A DNA stretch of 57,139 bases, filler included, from Sphacelaria rigidula (Eukaryota), in the NCBI GenBank assembly GCA_964200075.2. It is 8 parts of 8 records of this genome, joined end to end, with 100 filler letters (N's around TTAATTAATTAA, not from the genome) between each part and the next. Parts side by side here need not be neighbours in the genome. Positions count along the whole stretch, not along the records: positions 35,777 to 42,831 come from CAXNAA020016732.1; positions 42,932 to 49,985 come from CAXNAA020016733.1; positions 50,086 to 57,139 come from CAXNAA020016734.1; 5 more parts are not named here. One strand, written 5' to 3'. A program made the position numbers and the translations under genes. This document shows positions 37,275 to 50,540 of the stretch, piece by piece (position 1 is the stretch's first letter; each line of letters begins with the position of its first letter). The notes under the pieces were generated by a model, which did no database searches, had not been told where the DNA came from, and saw nothing but the letters and a program-made list of their open reading frames with translations.

Positions 37275-37730
37275 CAACTTGTACACAAGCCTGGCACAAG
37301 CCGTGAAAAGGAGGGCTGTGAACTGGCTGCATTGGCCAGTTAGTTTAAAGTGGCCGCGCCAGCGGGCAAAACATCGATGTTTTCCCAGTTGATCGGCTTC
37401 GCCGATTAACCGAAAAAACAAAGGCGGCGAGCGGCGAAGCTACGAGCCGCAAACGCCCCCCCATCCCCCGGCTGGTGAGGGGGCCCCGCGGGAGCGCCGC
37501 CGAAGGTGAGAAAAATTGCGTTATTTGGCTTGTTTTCCCTTCAAGAAGGTTGGAAATCGTAGAAAATGTGATACCTCACATTAAGGAGCTAAAAGTCTTG
37601 GATATGACATTCAAATCGCATTCAAAGCGGTCAGCGATTCGAAAATTAATCATCTACGATATACAACAGCATCCTCTCCGTGAGGAGAGGATGCAAACAA
37701 GCCAAGCCTGGCAGCACGCAGGGATAAGGT
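37275..37730. repeat. Uninterrupted copy of the repeat at 15975-16915
   Basis: Shared blocks gtggccgcgccagcgg, cctcacatt.aggagc, ctctccgtgaggag, ggcagcacg. Confidence 0.8.
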
Positions 37731-38679
37731 GTGCTGAGTAGAAAAATATATGGGCCTTAATTTTGTTGTGGGGAGGGGGGAAAGGTCAGGATATTCTCGT
37801 ACAAAAATGGACGTCAACATACTAGAAAGCCCTAAACCAGTGAAAAAAACAATACAAAAAAAACTGACCCACTTTTTTGGGTTCATTGTGTCCTAGCGAG
37901 GTCCCCAGCCGAAACTTCAATACACAAACACGAAACGTGCGCGGGCAAGTGGCCTGCGAAATACTGTTTAGAACTTTCACCGACCCAGGTTTAAAACGGC
38001 CCATTCGCACTTCAATACCTTTGAAGTTGGACCCTAAATTTTGGGGTGAGCAACCAACGGGGCAAAATAGATGAGTTATGCGTGGATTCCATTTTTTTTT
38101 GTCATGAGTTGGAAGCAATAATCCATTTTCAGGTTTCAGTAAGATGCCTTGTAGTCATGAAATATAAAATGGTTCATCAGGAGTGCCCGAAAAACAAAAT
38201 GCGAGACCCTATGCCGATTTTTTGAATCCCAGGTGTTTTCGGGGGGGGGGGAAGGGGGGGGAGGGCGGGCGGGTTACTAAATCCCATCCACAAATGAAGA
38301 ATAAAAATAAAAATAAAATTCAATGAAAATAAACGTATATTAAAAATACAAGTTCGTATTAATGAAGCTATAATTCTTCGCATACCTTCGGAGCCAAGGC
38401 CAAGTTATGTTCATGAGTTTCGGCAATACATTGCACATCACACTTCCACGACAAGAACAACACCGGACAAATACCACAATGCTCTGCAATGCATGCTCAA
38501 TCAAGCTAAACGCATCTATCTGCACCGCCAATTTTCGTCCAATGTGCGTCGCATCTTGTGGTGGCAGATAGAGCCAACAATCATGGGCGATACGTCACCC
38601 AAGTCGCCCCCAAATGGCTATTCATTGCGTGTTTCTTCATGTGAAAAGAAAAGAAAATCCTAGGACCGCTGGAGGGGGA

Positions 38680-38891
38680 GGGGGGCGCACTCATTTGTTG
38701 TCTGCCTTGGTCGTTTGACCATTGACCACGCATCCCTTTCGAGACGGANNNNNNNNNNTGGCGATCATTACGTTTCTTCCGCACCTCATTACGTTTCTTG
38801 TATACATTACACAAGAAACTGTTACGTATCTTATCCTCGTCCTGTTCCGCCGTCTCTGGCCACCGTCTATCTCCTTGTATAGCCATCGTTT
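38680..38891 (-). mobile_element. LINE 3' end fragment (spans a 10-N gap at 38749-38758)
   Basis: KTMAIQGDRRWPETAEQDEDKIRNSFLCNVYKKRNE...SRKGCVVNGQTTKADNK*. Same family as 14141-14211. Confidence 0.7.
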
Positions 38892-40904
38892 TTCAGCGCG
38901 TCAATAGCAGTAGTTGCAACGCATTTATTGCCCCCTTTCGGAGGAGCCTCCATTGGTGGCTCCATCGTCGTACTCTCCTGAGCCTGCGTCACATCCTTCG
39001 CGGGTAGTGCGGGACGGTGGGATGTCTCCGTCCTCGGCGGCGGCGAAGCCTCCACCTCCGCAGACATAGCCGCCGCTATGTCATTGGCCTCGCTCCGAAT
39101 TCGCCGAAATACGTTGGCTTTTCCCCTGCGATGAGGCGGATGTTTCCGACCCCGTCGGAGGAAGATCCACATTCGGGGGTAAGGCAGGGGCTTCGTCCCC
39201 GTCACCACCCCCACCCAATCCGTCCCCTCGTTCCCCTACTCGCCGAAGGTTGTCAGATTCATCTTCTGCATCCCCACCGTCTGGGGCGCCCGACGTGCCC
39301 GCAATCCCGGCCCCCATTTCCTCGTCATCGCTTGAGTTAACAGTATCTACAGTCTCCCCCGGGTTTTCTTGTTCTTCTCCTCCCCCCGTACACCCCGAAT
39401 CGTCTCCCTGTTTTCCCGAAACATTGGTATACTTCAAGCCACCTGCCCCCGAGCCAGAATTGCATACCACGTCGCTGTCCTCCCGGGCGCCTTCTCCACC
39501 ACTTCCCTCGGTATTCAACCCGTTAGGGGGAGAGATTGCAACGCATTCATTGCCCCCTTCCGGAGGAGCCTCCGTTGGTGGGTCCATCGTCGTACTCTCC
39601 TGAGCCTGCGTCACACCCTTCGCGGGTAGTGCGGGACGGTGGGGTGTCTCCGTCCTCAGCGGCGGCGAAGCCTCCACCTCCGCAGACGTAGCCGCCGCTA
39701 CGTTATTGGCCTCGGACCGTAGGTCTGTCTCTTCTACAAGCTCTGAACTCGCGAAGGCCAATGACATAGCGGCGGCTGCGTCTGCGGAGGTGGAGGCTTC
39801 GCCGCCGCCGAGGACGGAGACACCCCACCGTCCCGCACTATCCGCGAAGGGTGTGACGCAGGCGAAGGAGAATACGACGATGGAGCCACCAACGGAGGCT
39901 CCTCCGAAAGGGGGCAATGAATGCGTTGCAATTACTGCTATTGACGCGCTGAATACTGACGGAGAGGATTCGGGGTTTACGTTATGTAGCCCCCATTCAT
40001 CAGGAGAAGAGGACCCGGGGTATCCTTCCCGTTCGGCGACAAACTTTGGCGGGGACAAATGCTCACGGAAGAAGTTTTCGAGAATTCTCAAAATAATCAT
40101 CTTCCCTGCAAGCAATCAGCATCACCGTGGTCGGCAGAATTCCCCCAGGGGATACGTATTATCCGAGGTGAGCGCTCCTGTTCTCGCTTCTCGAACGTAG
40201 AAATGACGGCACAAGGGCGGACGATGGAAGGCACAGGAAACGCGAGATAGAGGTAGAGGACAAGAAAAAGCGTGGAAAAGGAAGCTTGCGTAAACGCCCG
40301 CGGGGAGGAGAGAGCGATGAAGGCAGGGGTTGATATCCAAGAAGGCGGCCGCAGGGAAGCACGAGGAACGTGAAGAAAACACCTCCGACGCCGAACGGCA
40401 GAAGATGGTCGAGGCGACGCAAACATGTTTGAACGTCCACATTCCGCGTTTTAGGCGGGCTATCGTATTCTCAACGCAACAGTCTCTTGTTTGTAGCGTA
40501 GATTTGATTGTAATGGTGTAGGGCGACTGGGGATCGACCGTGTCAGAAGTATAGTATTCAGCATCCAAATTATTCGGAATTCATAGTTGTATAATGTTTG
40601 AGTTTTACAATCAAGACAGGGGTGCTCAAATTTCAATGCCCAACTTGATGTTGTGGGGGCGATACGGAGTAAAGTCTCCGTTTATCAGGAGCGTGTTTTG
40701 GACCGTGAATGTTGCAAGGAACATAGTCTTCCGGTTTTAGCGTAGTGAATGGGTGGAATTTCAAAAAAATAATCCTGTTCAGGTGTTCACATGTATGAAC
40801 AGGATCGAGTTGGTACTCCGAGAATACCGAAGATCTGGAACCCGGGGTTGTACTTAAGCAGGGCCCCCGACAATCGGTCAAACCCGCCAGGCATGCAATA
40901 ATGA

Positions 40905-41213
40905 TCGATGTTTATCCTGCGTAAATGCGGAAACACGATCGATGCCCGCAATTTTGCGGAACCTTATTCCGGCAAATTCGAAGGTCTTATAGGCACAAAT
41001 GCGTGAACATATTATGTGTTTCCTGCGTAAATACGGGAGCTTTCGTCCTAAGTGCGGGAACACGATCGATGCCCGCAATCTTGCGGAACCTCATTCCGGC
41101 AAATTCAAAGGTCTCACCGGCACAAGTGCGGGAACATATCATGTGTCTCTTGCGTAAATACGGGAGCTTCCGTCCTGAATGCGGGAATACGATCGATGCC
41201 CGCAATTTTGCGG
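40905..41213. repeat. 127-bp tandem repeat, ~2.4 copies
   Basis: gatcgatgcccgcaat at 40937, 41064 and 41191. Confidence 0.9.
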
Positions 41214-41325
41214 CGCCCTTTTCTGTCAAATCTAGGAGGACTCGCCCGCGAAACTGAGGGAATCACCCCCCTGTAGATTCGCAGGATCCTTTGTTTGTAC
41301 CCGTCGTTTTCGCGGGAACATAACC

Positions 41326-41690
41326 TGTGTTGTGTGCGTGTTGTCTTCTCATTTATTCTGGATGCCAGTCTGCACCTTTCGGCGTATGTGGGCGCACAAG
41401 CCGGGGTCGCACAGATGGAACGTCAACACAGAGCGGAGAAATTTTCTTAAATCTGTTCTTGATTATCCTCCTTCCTTGTGCGGTACTTGCCTTTGATGTT
41501 TTCATTGCGAGAAAGGTTCAGCACTCCCCTCCCTCGCCGATCGTTAAGTGGAATTTTGTGTAACCATGACATGGTCGCTCTCCACCATTAGGTGCTGGGA
41601 GAAAAAATCCCTGATCACTCCGAGATCTGAACCCACGACCCAACCGTCAGAAGGCTACCAGGTCACCAAGTGAGCGACCGGGGCGACCGG
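41326..41690 (-). mobile_element. tRNA-derived SINE, diverged copy
   Basis: Colinear with 32766-33260 apart from the piggyBac MITE. Confidence 0.85.
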
Positions 41691-43029
41691 CAACCACTAA
41701 TGGAAAATTTTACTCGACAAAAACTCAAGAATTATACAAGTATGAATTCTGAAAACTTCTGATGCTGAGTACTACACTACTGACACGATCGATCCGACGT
41801 GTTCCCGCCTCCTCAGCCGTCCTGTACCATGATCGATTGATTGTCGCACTTTAACTGACACCCCAGGGATCCAGCCGTGGTCCCATGATGAGCGTATCCA
41901 ATAAAAACGAGACTGAAGAAAATACGCCCTAAGAAGAATATGAAAAAAATGGAAAACCAAAAAGTCGAGCAAAACGACATAGTAGACTGAGACGTGAAAA
42001 ACAAAAGGAGAAGGAGAAGTGAAAATAAAAGAAAGAATCTACGCTACAAACAAAAGACAGTTGCGTCAAGAAGCGCGGATACGAAAAACATACGACAGCC
42101 CGTCTAACACGCGGCATGTGGACGTTCAATTAAGTCTGCATCGCCTCGGTCATCTTCTTCCCGTTCCGCTGCTTGTGTCTCCCTGTGGCCGCCTTTTTGT
42201 CGACCCAGCCCTGCCTCGATTGTTTCCTCCACCCCTTCCTTGATGGCTCTGTCCTCCCCGCGAGCGTCTAGGCGAGCTTGCGTTTTCACGCTTGCCTTCC
42301 TCCCCTGACTCGAACTTGCGTCTCTGGGGTGATCCTGCCTCAGACGACAACACATCCCCTGCCTCTGCCCTGCGATGGACGCGGCGCCTGCCTGCGATGA
42401 GCTCAGATCCTGTGTTTTCATGGAGATGAGGATTATCCATGCTCGCAGGGGAGAAAATTCTTCCTAGAATTGTTGACTGTTTCACACCCTTCGTGGGTAG
42501 TGCGGGACGGTGGGATGTCTCCGTCCTCGGCGGCGGCGAAGCCTCCACCTCCGCAGACATAGCCGCCGCTATGTCATTGGCCTCGGGCCGTTCGTCTGTC
42601 TCTTCTACAAGCTCCGCATTCGCCGAAATACGTTGGCTTTTCCCCTGCGATGAGGCGGATGTTTCCGACCCCGTCGGAGGAAGATCCACATTCGGGGGTA
42701 AGGCAGGGGCTTCGCCCCCGTCACCACCCCCACCCAATCCGTCCCCTCGTTCCCCTACTCGCCGAAGGTTGTCAGATTCATCTTCTGCATCCCCACCGTC
42801 TGGGGCGCCCGACGTGCCCGCAATCCCGGCCNNNNNNNNNNNNNNNNNNNNNNNNNNNNNNNNNNNNNNNNNNNNTTAATTAATTAANNNNNNNNNNNNN
42901 NNNNNNNNNNNNNNNNNNNNNNNNNNNNNNNTGCTAGGCTAAAGTTTTTTTTTTTTGGGAAGTATGGTGAGTGCCGCTTTTGGGGGGGGTTGTTTTTTGG
43001 GGGGGGGGGGGGGTATCGTAGAAAGTGAT

Positions 43030-43393
43030 GTATCCGCACCAAATCTTCGAAATATGGTTCCATTTCTTCACTTGCTGGTAGCTTCTGACAACTACTACAC
43101 GACATACAAATTTGAATTTCGATAACCGAAATATTGGGGTTCTAGATGAAAACTATTTTGGGGGGAATTCTCGGCGATCTGATCGGATCATCTAAATTCC
43201 CCAAAATTGGTTTTTCACCCAGGACCCCAACATGTCGGTTATCAGGATCCAAGCTTGTATGGCGTGTAGTAGTTGTCAAAAGCTACCAGTAGGTGAAGGA
43301 GTGTGGAACTATATCTCGAAGATTTGGTGTGGATATACGAAGAGTTTTAATCTCCAGGTTCTCATCCTCAATAAAAAAATCCATCCCCAATTT
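43030..43393. mobile_element. Fold-back MITE, family B copy
   Basis: Homologous to 7620-8048, centre gatctgatcggatc. Confidence 0.82.
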
Positions 43394-45509
43394 GTAAAAT
43401 CCCGTGTAAAAAGCTGAGCACGCCAAGCAGCTCGGAACTCTCACGCTTGGGGTCGTTTGCACCAATGTCGCCCACATGAGGTGCTTCATGCGGTCTGAAA
43501 TCAATTATAATGCGCTGTATGGCTCTCTTCTTTTTCGGGCTGGTCGGGGGAGGGGGGGGTTGGGCTATCGCGGCATCACTCGTATATGAAGACGCAGTCG
43601 ATCAACTACTTTAGTTCTAAATCGAAGGGGAGCGACGCCTTCTCGGCCAAACAGGGGCGTTGTCCTCCGACAGCACTCTCTTTGAACAACCAACGACTAG
43701 GGAAGCACAACTAACAGACAAACAATAATTGCGTACAAACCTTGGATACAACACCGTACAGCATACAGGTATACTTCATCAATGTTCTGCATTCATCGAC
43801 ACAAACGCAACAGTCAGCAGCAACACATCGGGGTACAACAAGGGATCGTTGAGTAGTCAAATGCCTCGGACGTCAACAGCAGCTAGTGCACATAGCTGCA
43901 CCGTTTGGGGACCCGCCACTACCGTTGGGTTTCCACACGTTCTGCACACCCTCACCCAATTCCTCGTATTCGTGAATCTCATAGAACACCCTCATAACTC
44001 ACGCTTGCATGCAACCCGCCAGAATCCGCCACATCGCGAACGGTGCTTGAAACACACACACAATTTTGATGCCGAAAACAAGGTCAACAGTTCGGTACCG
44101 CACGTGATACGCTCGCAATACGCTCCAAACATCATATATTACAGAAGCGCTGACGAAAAAGCATGCACGCGCTGCACCCTTGAGCAACGGTGGCCTACTA
44201 AGGACCAAATAAATATGTTGGAGATAGTCGTCAGCGGCGTTAAGCAGTACCACTTTGACGGGCGTGACACTCGGTGTGTACACATACCATATGATGTGCA
44301 GGTCCGCAATGAATAGAGGGTTGTTCACCATCTCAGACGCCGCAACGCAAACCATGGCCCCAACAAAGGCAAGTCGTGAGCCCTCATACGGGGCGTGGAT
44401 GAATCGAAACACAGGCAAGGCTTGCATTGTTTTTGTTCCACTCGGCGCCGAGGCGCCGAGTTGAGCAAGAACGCGTCGCGGGCAGCCCGTGCCGCGCCGT
44501 GCCGGCAAAGTGCGCCCGGCATACCAGGGAATCGATTTGACTCAAAATCAAGTACAAGTCGTATAAAGATCCAAGAGGCCCCCGAGATAGTCGGAACAAA
44601 TAACCGCGCGACCGCGTGCGCATTCAAATTATGAATTATGTAGTAATAAATACGTGTGTGGGATCAACTGTCATTTTGTGCAACTTCACCGGCCGTCAGA
44701 AGGCCCCAGAGGAGGTCGGTGGCGACTTGAACTTCCTTCTGTACTTCAAATCAAGAGGATTCGCCCCAACAACTCAGTTGGCTGTTAACCTAGTGTGCAC
44801 TTAACCGCATGTACACATACTGCCTACAACAGCTGCATCACCTGGGCGGCGAGCAATGTGCCCATCTGTCAAGTTCAATCGAATAATAACAAAAATGATG
44901 AGTACTGCCTGTGCGTCCACACACTGTATTTGCGCTACGGTTGCTGAAAGGTCAAACAGCCCCTTCAAATCTCCAAGTTATGCACATGAGTTCTTTTATC
45001 CAAAGCAGTGACAAGACACCAACTGCGAAACAAGTACATGCACGCCATCATGAAAAACACGACCAAAATTACCACAAATGATGGTTCACACAGAAACCGA
45101 AAATGTGCCCAAAAAAAACAAGGACAACCATGTAGCGCCGTCGAGAGTTTCTCCAGCTGCCAACCACAAACCGCATCGTATTTTCGCTTTACATGGAGAA
45201 AACATGTTTACATTGGGTAGGTCACCACAGGAGACTGAGCTCGAATCAGAACATGCCACAGAAAAACATCGCTCTCTGTCCTTCCTGTATTCTTTGACAT
45301 CCAGGCTTATGCTACAGACGCTTACAACGTACACAATATCTGTTCCACATGTCAAAAGGTACAAAAAGAAAACAGCCAGGAAGCACGAGAAAAACGTGAA
45401 CGCATAAATACCCTCCCCATATTGCTCGGCACAAACAACTGCTGTACATACACAAGTTTAGACGTGCGCACACCACGCCCTGCAATCACGAATCCACATA
45501 TCCCACCAC

Positions 45510-45958
45510 CTAACCCATTGTCTGTCGGCAATGTGGACAGTCCACAAGCTTGAGATCAAACCCTCGCGGCACATAAACCCGCTTCCCGCAACTCGACCGC
45601 GGGCAGTAACCCGCGATCGTATCGTCATCCCTGTCCCGACCCGCAGCAGCCCCACCAGTGCCGCGACGACTTCCAGCGCCATTGCTTGATATAGCGTTAC
45701 TGCTACGGTCGGCAACACCGCGACTGCTTGTCATGGGGGCGCCGTCGAACGCAGCATGAGTCATCTCTTTCTGTCGATCCACTGCCGTGGAGGGACCGTC
45801 ATCCGACACAGTGGTACTCATGGAACTCAAGAGCCGGTCCAGATTTTCCTCGGAGAACGAGCGCGCCGGTGGGTGGACAGGTTGCGACGGAGTAGCTTGC
45901 ACGCGTACCGCACGGGGAGCCTGGGGAGGGGAGGGTTGGGGGGGCGAAACGATCGGCA
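45510..45958 (-). CDS. Terminal exon with C-terminal Cys4 zinc-ribbon motif
   Basis: attcag|TG CCG... to TAG. Ends YCPRSSCGKRVYVPRGFDLKLVDCPHCRQTMG*. Confidence 0.75.
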
Positions 45959-46117
45959 CTGAATATCATGATGACATGCGCCAGCGGGTGGGCGAATCAT
46001 ATTCCGCCGCATCGAAAATGTTCAGCAATAAAGCACAAGAGACGCTACTAGTGCGACAACACACTGGAGAGGCAGTATTGTCTACACCGAACCGAGTGAT
46101 GGCAACACGAAACTCGC

Positions 46118-46211
46118 CGCCCACGGCACTGCGATAACACTTCAAACGTTCGACACAGTTGTCGCGAATGCAGTCCCCGTAAACGGTGGCCGGCGACGGT
46201 GGGACACAAAG
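46118..46211 (-). CDS. Small exon followed by a GC-AG intron
   Basis: gtacag|CTT...GGC G|gcgagt, 94 nt. Converts phase 0 to the phase 1 required by the last exon. Confidence 0.6.
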
Positions 46212-46380
46212 CTGTACGATTAATCCGAACAGAAACATTTTAGGCGGATGTTTGGCGGTTAGAATACAGCACTCGGCAAGGAGGAAGGGACAAAAAGACA
46301 CGGCTAATTTCACCGGTAAAAAGCTTGAGAGGACAGATCTGCGACGCGTCAACATGAGTTCCACACACTCTCCCTCTCAC

Positions 46381-48309
46381 GTCGTTAACTCCTGCAACAT
46401 GGGGTACTGCTGTCCCCACAACGGTCGCAACGGTCGCTCGAACTGTGGGATACACCGCCGTCACGTCCCTTCCGCTGTTGCCCGATCCAAGCTCACGGGC
46501 TTCTCTACCACCGCTACCTTCATGACCGCCAAAGCCTTCGCTCCGAATTGGAACAGCCGGTGGTGACACCGACCGCGCTGCATTGGGAGCCGCGGCCCGC
46601 ACTGTCGTCGCATTGGTAACAACCATCGGAGCCTTTCCCTCGTCTTCTCTCGACGACTCCGACGTGTAGTGATGTCTATCCGCAGGTGGTTGCGCTCGAG
46701 GCGCCGATAAATGAACCGGCGCTGCCGGAGACGGCCCTATCACCTCATGTCTACATTCCGAGCTTGGACGACCTGGAGTCGACGCGACCGCAGCTTGTGG
46801 ACGGGGGGGTGACAGTCCGAGAAGGGATGCCAGACGGGCGATGTTTGACCGACATTCCCAACTGGACTGCGAGTTGTCTCCTTGCAGCCGTACTAACTGT
46901 GCTTCCATCGCCGCTTCCGATTCTTCACTATCGTCTGCGTACACGAAGCCGCCGCCGGTCCCGGCGCTGCTGGGAGCGCCGCTACCAAAACCACCTGTCT
47001 CGTTCCCAGAGGCGACGGACGTCGACGACAACAACGATGCGCGAACCACTGCTCTGTGGGTCGGTGAGGCACACAAGACACAAATCAGGCTAAGAAGCTC
47101 GGCACGCTCCGCGATGGAGAGTAGTAACAATCCTCTTTCCGGCTCTCCAGTTGCTTCGGGACCGCCGTCCATGGTTGCCGCCATCGCCGCCGTCGTCTCC
47201 TGGAGAACGACTGAAAATATTGACGAGGGAAAGTCGGCTGCGACAAGCGACGAGCGACCGGCCTGCCGATGAGCAACACTCGATAAAAACGGAAGCGCCA
47301 TGGAGGAAAGAGCTCGAAGGTAAGCAGCATCGACTGCAGAGGCAGACGAGGCAGAAAAGTCCACATCGCTGGTCGAACCGAAAGGAGACGGAGGCGGCGG
47401 CATCATTCCTTGCCGCCACAACGACACTACGCTGGAAACAAGCGCGGCATCAGTAATGACCCAGTCGATCGCGGCGGCTGCCTCCAGATTCACGGCGTCC
47501 GACCAGGAGAGTATGAGAAGAGCAGAGAGCGCTTCGGTGACCAGTCCACGTAAGTTGCCCATCGTGTCCGTGTCCACAACACCAACGCCGGCTTCTTGAG
47601 CACCAGCCTCGACACTACCTCCACCGCTCCTCATTAGGCCGATACCGGCACGCATCTTGCCGTTGTTCCCCACCGGCGGCACCATCTGTTCGTTGGAACT
47701 ACGAGACGCCGTCGAAACCGCGTGCACCGCCGCCGACAAAGCCTCTCCCGCCGCGACGAGCTGATCCTCACTCCCTTCTGCCCCCAAGACAGGGGACAGG
47801 CGATGCAGCAGCGCTGCTGCCGCTTCGCCTGCCGCCTCTACTGCACAGCCAGCAGCAGCGGCGGCAGCAGAAGTACCTATATTTCTGCTGCTGTTGCTAT
47901 TCGTGACGGAACGCCGACTGCGGTGCGTGATCTCGTCGGCGGCCGAGCTGACAGCGGCGGCGGCGGCGAGCGTGAGGCCCCCGAATCCCATGATTCGTCC
48001 ACGAGCACCATCGGCGTAGGCTAGGTTGGCCAAGAGACGGAACGCGAATATCGTCGTGGTTTTCGTTGCCTCACCCGAAACAGTGTGAAGGGCATCACCA
48101 TCGGTGGGTCCTAGCCCCTCGCCACCATCACCAGATGCAGGCATACTCGAGACGGGAATGAAGTAATTCTTGCTGCCAAACCCCTTGCCCGCTTTGCTTT
48201 CCTGCGCTTGTTTCTTGGACACTACGTATGAACTCGTGCTTTCGAGAACCCCCGGAACGCGTCCGAGTTCCTTGCGCTGTCGACTTCGCTCTGATATGGC
48301 CACGAACAG
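46381..48309 (-). CDS. Large exon of the same ARM-like protein
   Basis: ttacag|CTG...GAC|gtgaga, 1929 nt, phase 0, inside the 706-aa ORF. AFRLLANLAYADGARGRIMGFGGL is ARM-like. Confidence 0.85.
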
Positions 48310-48833
48310 CTGTAAAGATTTGGCACAAACACAACAACATGGAGAATCCCATGATTCCACAACATCGTCGTCAGCTCAGGTTTCAAGGGCGCGAAAAGTC
48401 ACGTGGTAATAATGATGTTCTAGGAAATTAAGCATTCCCGACACGAGTAGCGCACTCATGCCCCAATAAGCCGGCGCGAATTCCGGAAAATGCAAAAGGT
48501 TTTGACTGACTCCTGGTCGATGCAAACGGCAAACCGCCCCATTCCATCTCTTTTTGAAGACACAATCTGGCCGTCTCCTGCACTGTTCATCTAGCGTGGT
48601 GATATCAGGTCATACCTCAGTTTGATCCGCGCAGCAGCACCGCATGTAGATCACGGCTTGTACACTGTAGCGGGGTTTGTAAAAGCCCGGTGAAATACCC
48701 CTCAGCGTTTCAAACTATGATAGGACTTGCAAAAACAATAAAACTGTGGTAATTCCGCACACGAGGCAGGCGATACCTAATACGGCTTGCCTCGGTACTT
48801 CCACGTATAAAAAATTGCAGATATTTCGCTCAC

Positions 48834-49523
48834 CTCAAGCGCTCCGCCAGCCGCCGCCTCGGCCGCAGACGACACCCCGCCGTCACTGCCACCTCCTGCC
48901 GTTTCGAGCAATTGCACGATGCTGCCGAGTCCGGGATGCCTCACCACCACGGCGGGAGCCTCCATAGGAAGTCCGCGCACGAGTCTTGTCAGCAGTCGCA
49001 TCGCCTGACGGCACCTGCACACCTCGACAGTCGCCTTAACCCTCCTCGGCGCTGGCCGCTCACCCGACCCTTCCGGTGCCTTCGGCTGATTGTCCTTGTC
49101 CTGCTGGCGTATTTCTGTCCCGTCCGCGATAGCAGGCTCTTCCCCCGCCTTTTCATCGTCACCACCACCTCCAACACCAGCACCAAACTCTCCTTCATCG
49201 CCCGCAACCAGCACGTCGTCGGAACCGCCATTAGGCGCATTCTCCACCGCCGTAACCGTCGCCGCTGCCGCCGCCGTGCGCCCATCTCCGCACTCGAAGC
49301 CCTCGCCGACAACACCCCGGCCGACGCCGTCAACTTCGTCATCATCCGCTGCGACTGCGGCTGGAGTTTCGTCGACATGCGTGCATCCTTGTACGTTGAG
49401 CAGCATCTGGGGCACGGCGCCGCCGCGGAAGAGGGTGCGTGCGCAGGCGGGGTCGAGCGCGAGGTCCGCGAGGAGCGACAAACACCGGGCTTTCTCCGGT
49501 GGGCTTGTCAGAGCGTCAGTCAC
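48834..49523 (-). CDS. Internal exon of ARM/HEAT-like protein with low-complexity insertions
   Basis: ccccag|GTG...GAG|gtgagc, 690 nt, phase 0. RCLSLLADLALDPACARTLFRGGAVPQML is ARM-like. Confidence 0.8.
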
Positions 49524-50184
49524 CTGGGGTGGTTTGGTATTGAAAAGATCGTAGTCAATGGTATCATCACAGCAGTCAGAACAAATGAACATTCCGTGCA
49601 AGTAAAACAGCAAATGGCACGCTGTAAATCCAGTGTGGAGGAAAGACTAGCAGTAGCGGATGAGAGGGTCTTGACGTCCGACTCGTGCCAACACTGAAAC
49701 AATACAACATCGCAAGCTAATGACTTCTCCCGAGGTACATGTCATGAGAACTTCAGCTAGGTTGACGGTAGTAGCGATGCATTTGGGTGCAACGGTGATG
49801 GTGTGCCACATCCGCACGATGTGGAGGTAATGTAGTACAGTAGGTACATTTACCAATGTGAACTTTTGAATTCAACTTTTGTCATGACTCCGTGATATCC
49901 GCCCACACGCCACGTGCCGCCGCGCCCCGATGGTCATATGGTATAACTGACACCATTCTAGGGGGGTGTACTCATGATCATGCATNNNNNNNNNNNNNNN
50001 NNNNNNNNNNNNNNNNNNNNNNNNNNNNNTTAATTAATTAANNNNNNNNNNNNNNNNNNNNNNNNNNNNNNNNNNNNNNNNNNNNGAAAGCACTGTTTTG
50101 GGCTTGAACCTCATCTCAAAGTTAAACCTCAATTCGCACAATTTGTTGTTAAATCGAGATTCGCTGCCATAAAAGTGGGTCTCA

Positions 50185-50540
50185 GGCCGGATGTTATGGC
50201 ACACAGATTTTTTGCCCACGGGTTGGTCACTTTTGGGACGTTTGACCCACCTTTTGACCCCCAAACCAAGAAACCGCCAACACTCGTCTCATACGCTTCG
50301 CATCGCCCCAGAGAGAGGAGCCTAGTCTGCTTTTCAGATTCGCTTGGCTCCGAGGTTTCGACATTGGCCGCTGGACAAAAAGCCGTGCGCAAAAATCTTG
50401 GCTTGCCGACCCCCGCCAGTTTGCAAAGTATACGACACGAGTGTTGGCGGTTTTCTTGGTTTGGGGATCAAAAAGTGGGTCAAACATCCCAGAAGTGAAC
50501 AATCCGTGGGCCAAAAATCTGTTTGCCATAACATCCGGCC
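50185..50540. mobile_element. MITE, probably PIF/Harbinger (Tourist-like)
   Basis: ggccggatgttatggca...tgccataacatccggcc, ~115-bp TIRs, flanks tca/tta. Confidence 0.8.

Larger units (their letters stand above)
38892..42831. repeat. Complex direct/inverted duplication of a ~190-bp GC-rich unit and its flanks
   Basis: Copies 38892-39092(+), 39536-39713(+), 39755-39953(-), 42483-42584(+). 39098-39311 matches 42618-42831. 40265-40505 is inverted at 42036-42295. Confidence 0.85.

Noticed and set aside
39081..40115. 344-aa ORF as a host gene
   Set aside because: Built from GC-rich direct and inverted repeat units, open on both strands, with no domain
40905..41213. Repeated gatcgatgcccgcaat motif as a possible CRISPR array
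   Set aside because: The intervening sequences are also repeated, so it is a 127-bp tandem repeat
43999..44508. 169-aa minus-strand ORF with plausible splice sites (MVNNPLFIADLHIIW|gtatgt)
   Set aside because: Could be a small multi-exon gene, but there is no recognisable domain or unique exon chain
49620..49693. Possible extra upstream exon of the ARM-like gene
   Set aside because: Acceptor plausible, but the donor is weak and the frame ambiguous
7057..50085. Regularly spaced TTAATTAATTAA motifs with ~7.15-kb periodicity
   Set aside because: Artificial linkers between length-sorted contigs. No synteny can be inferred across them
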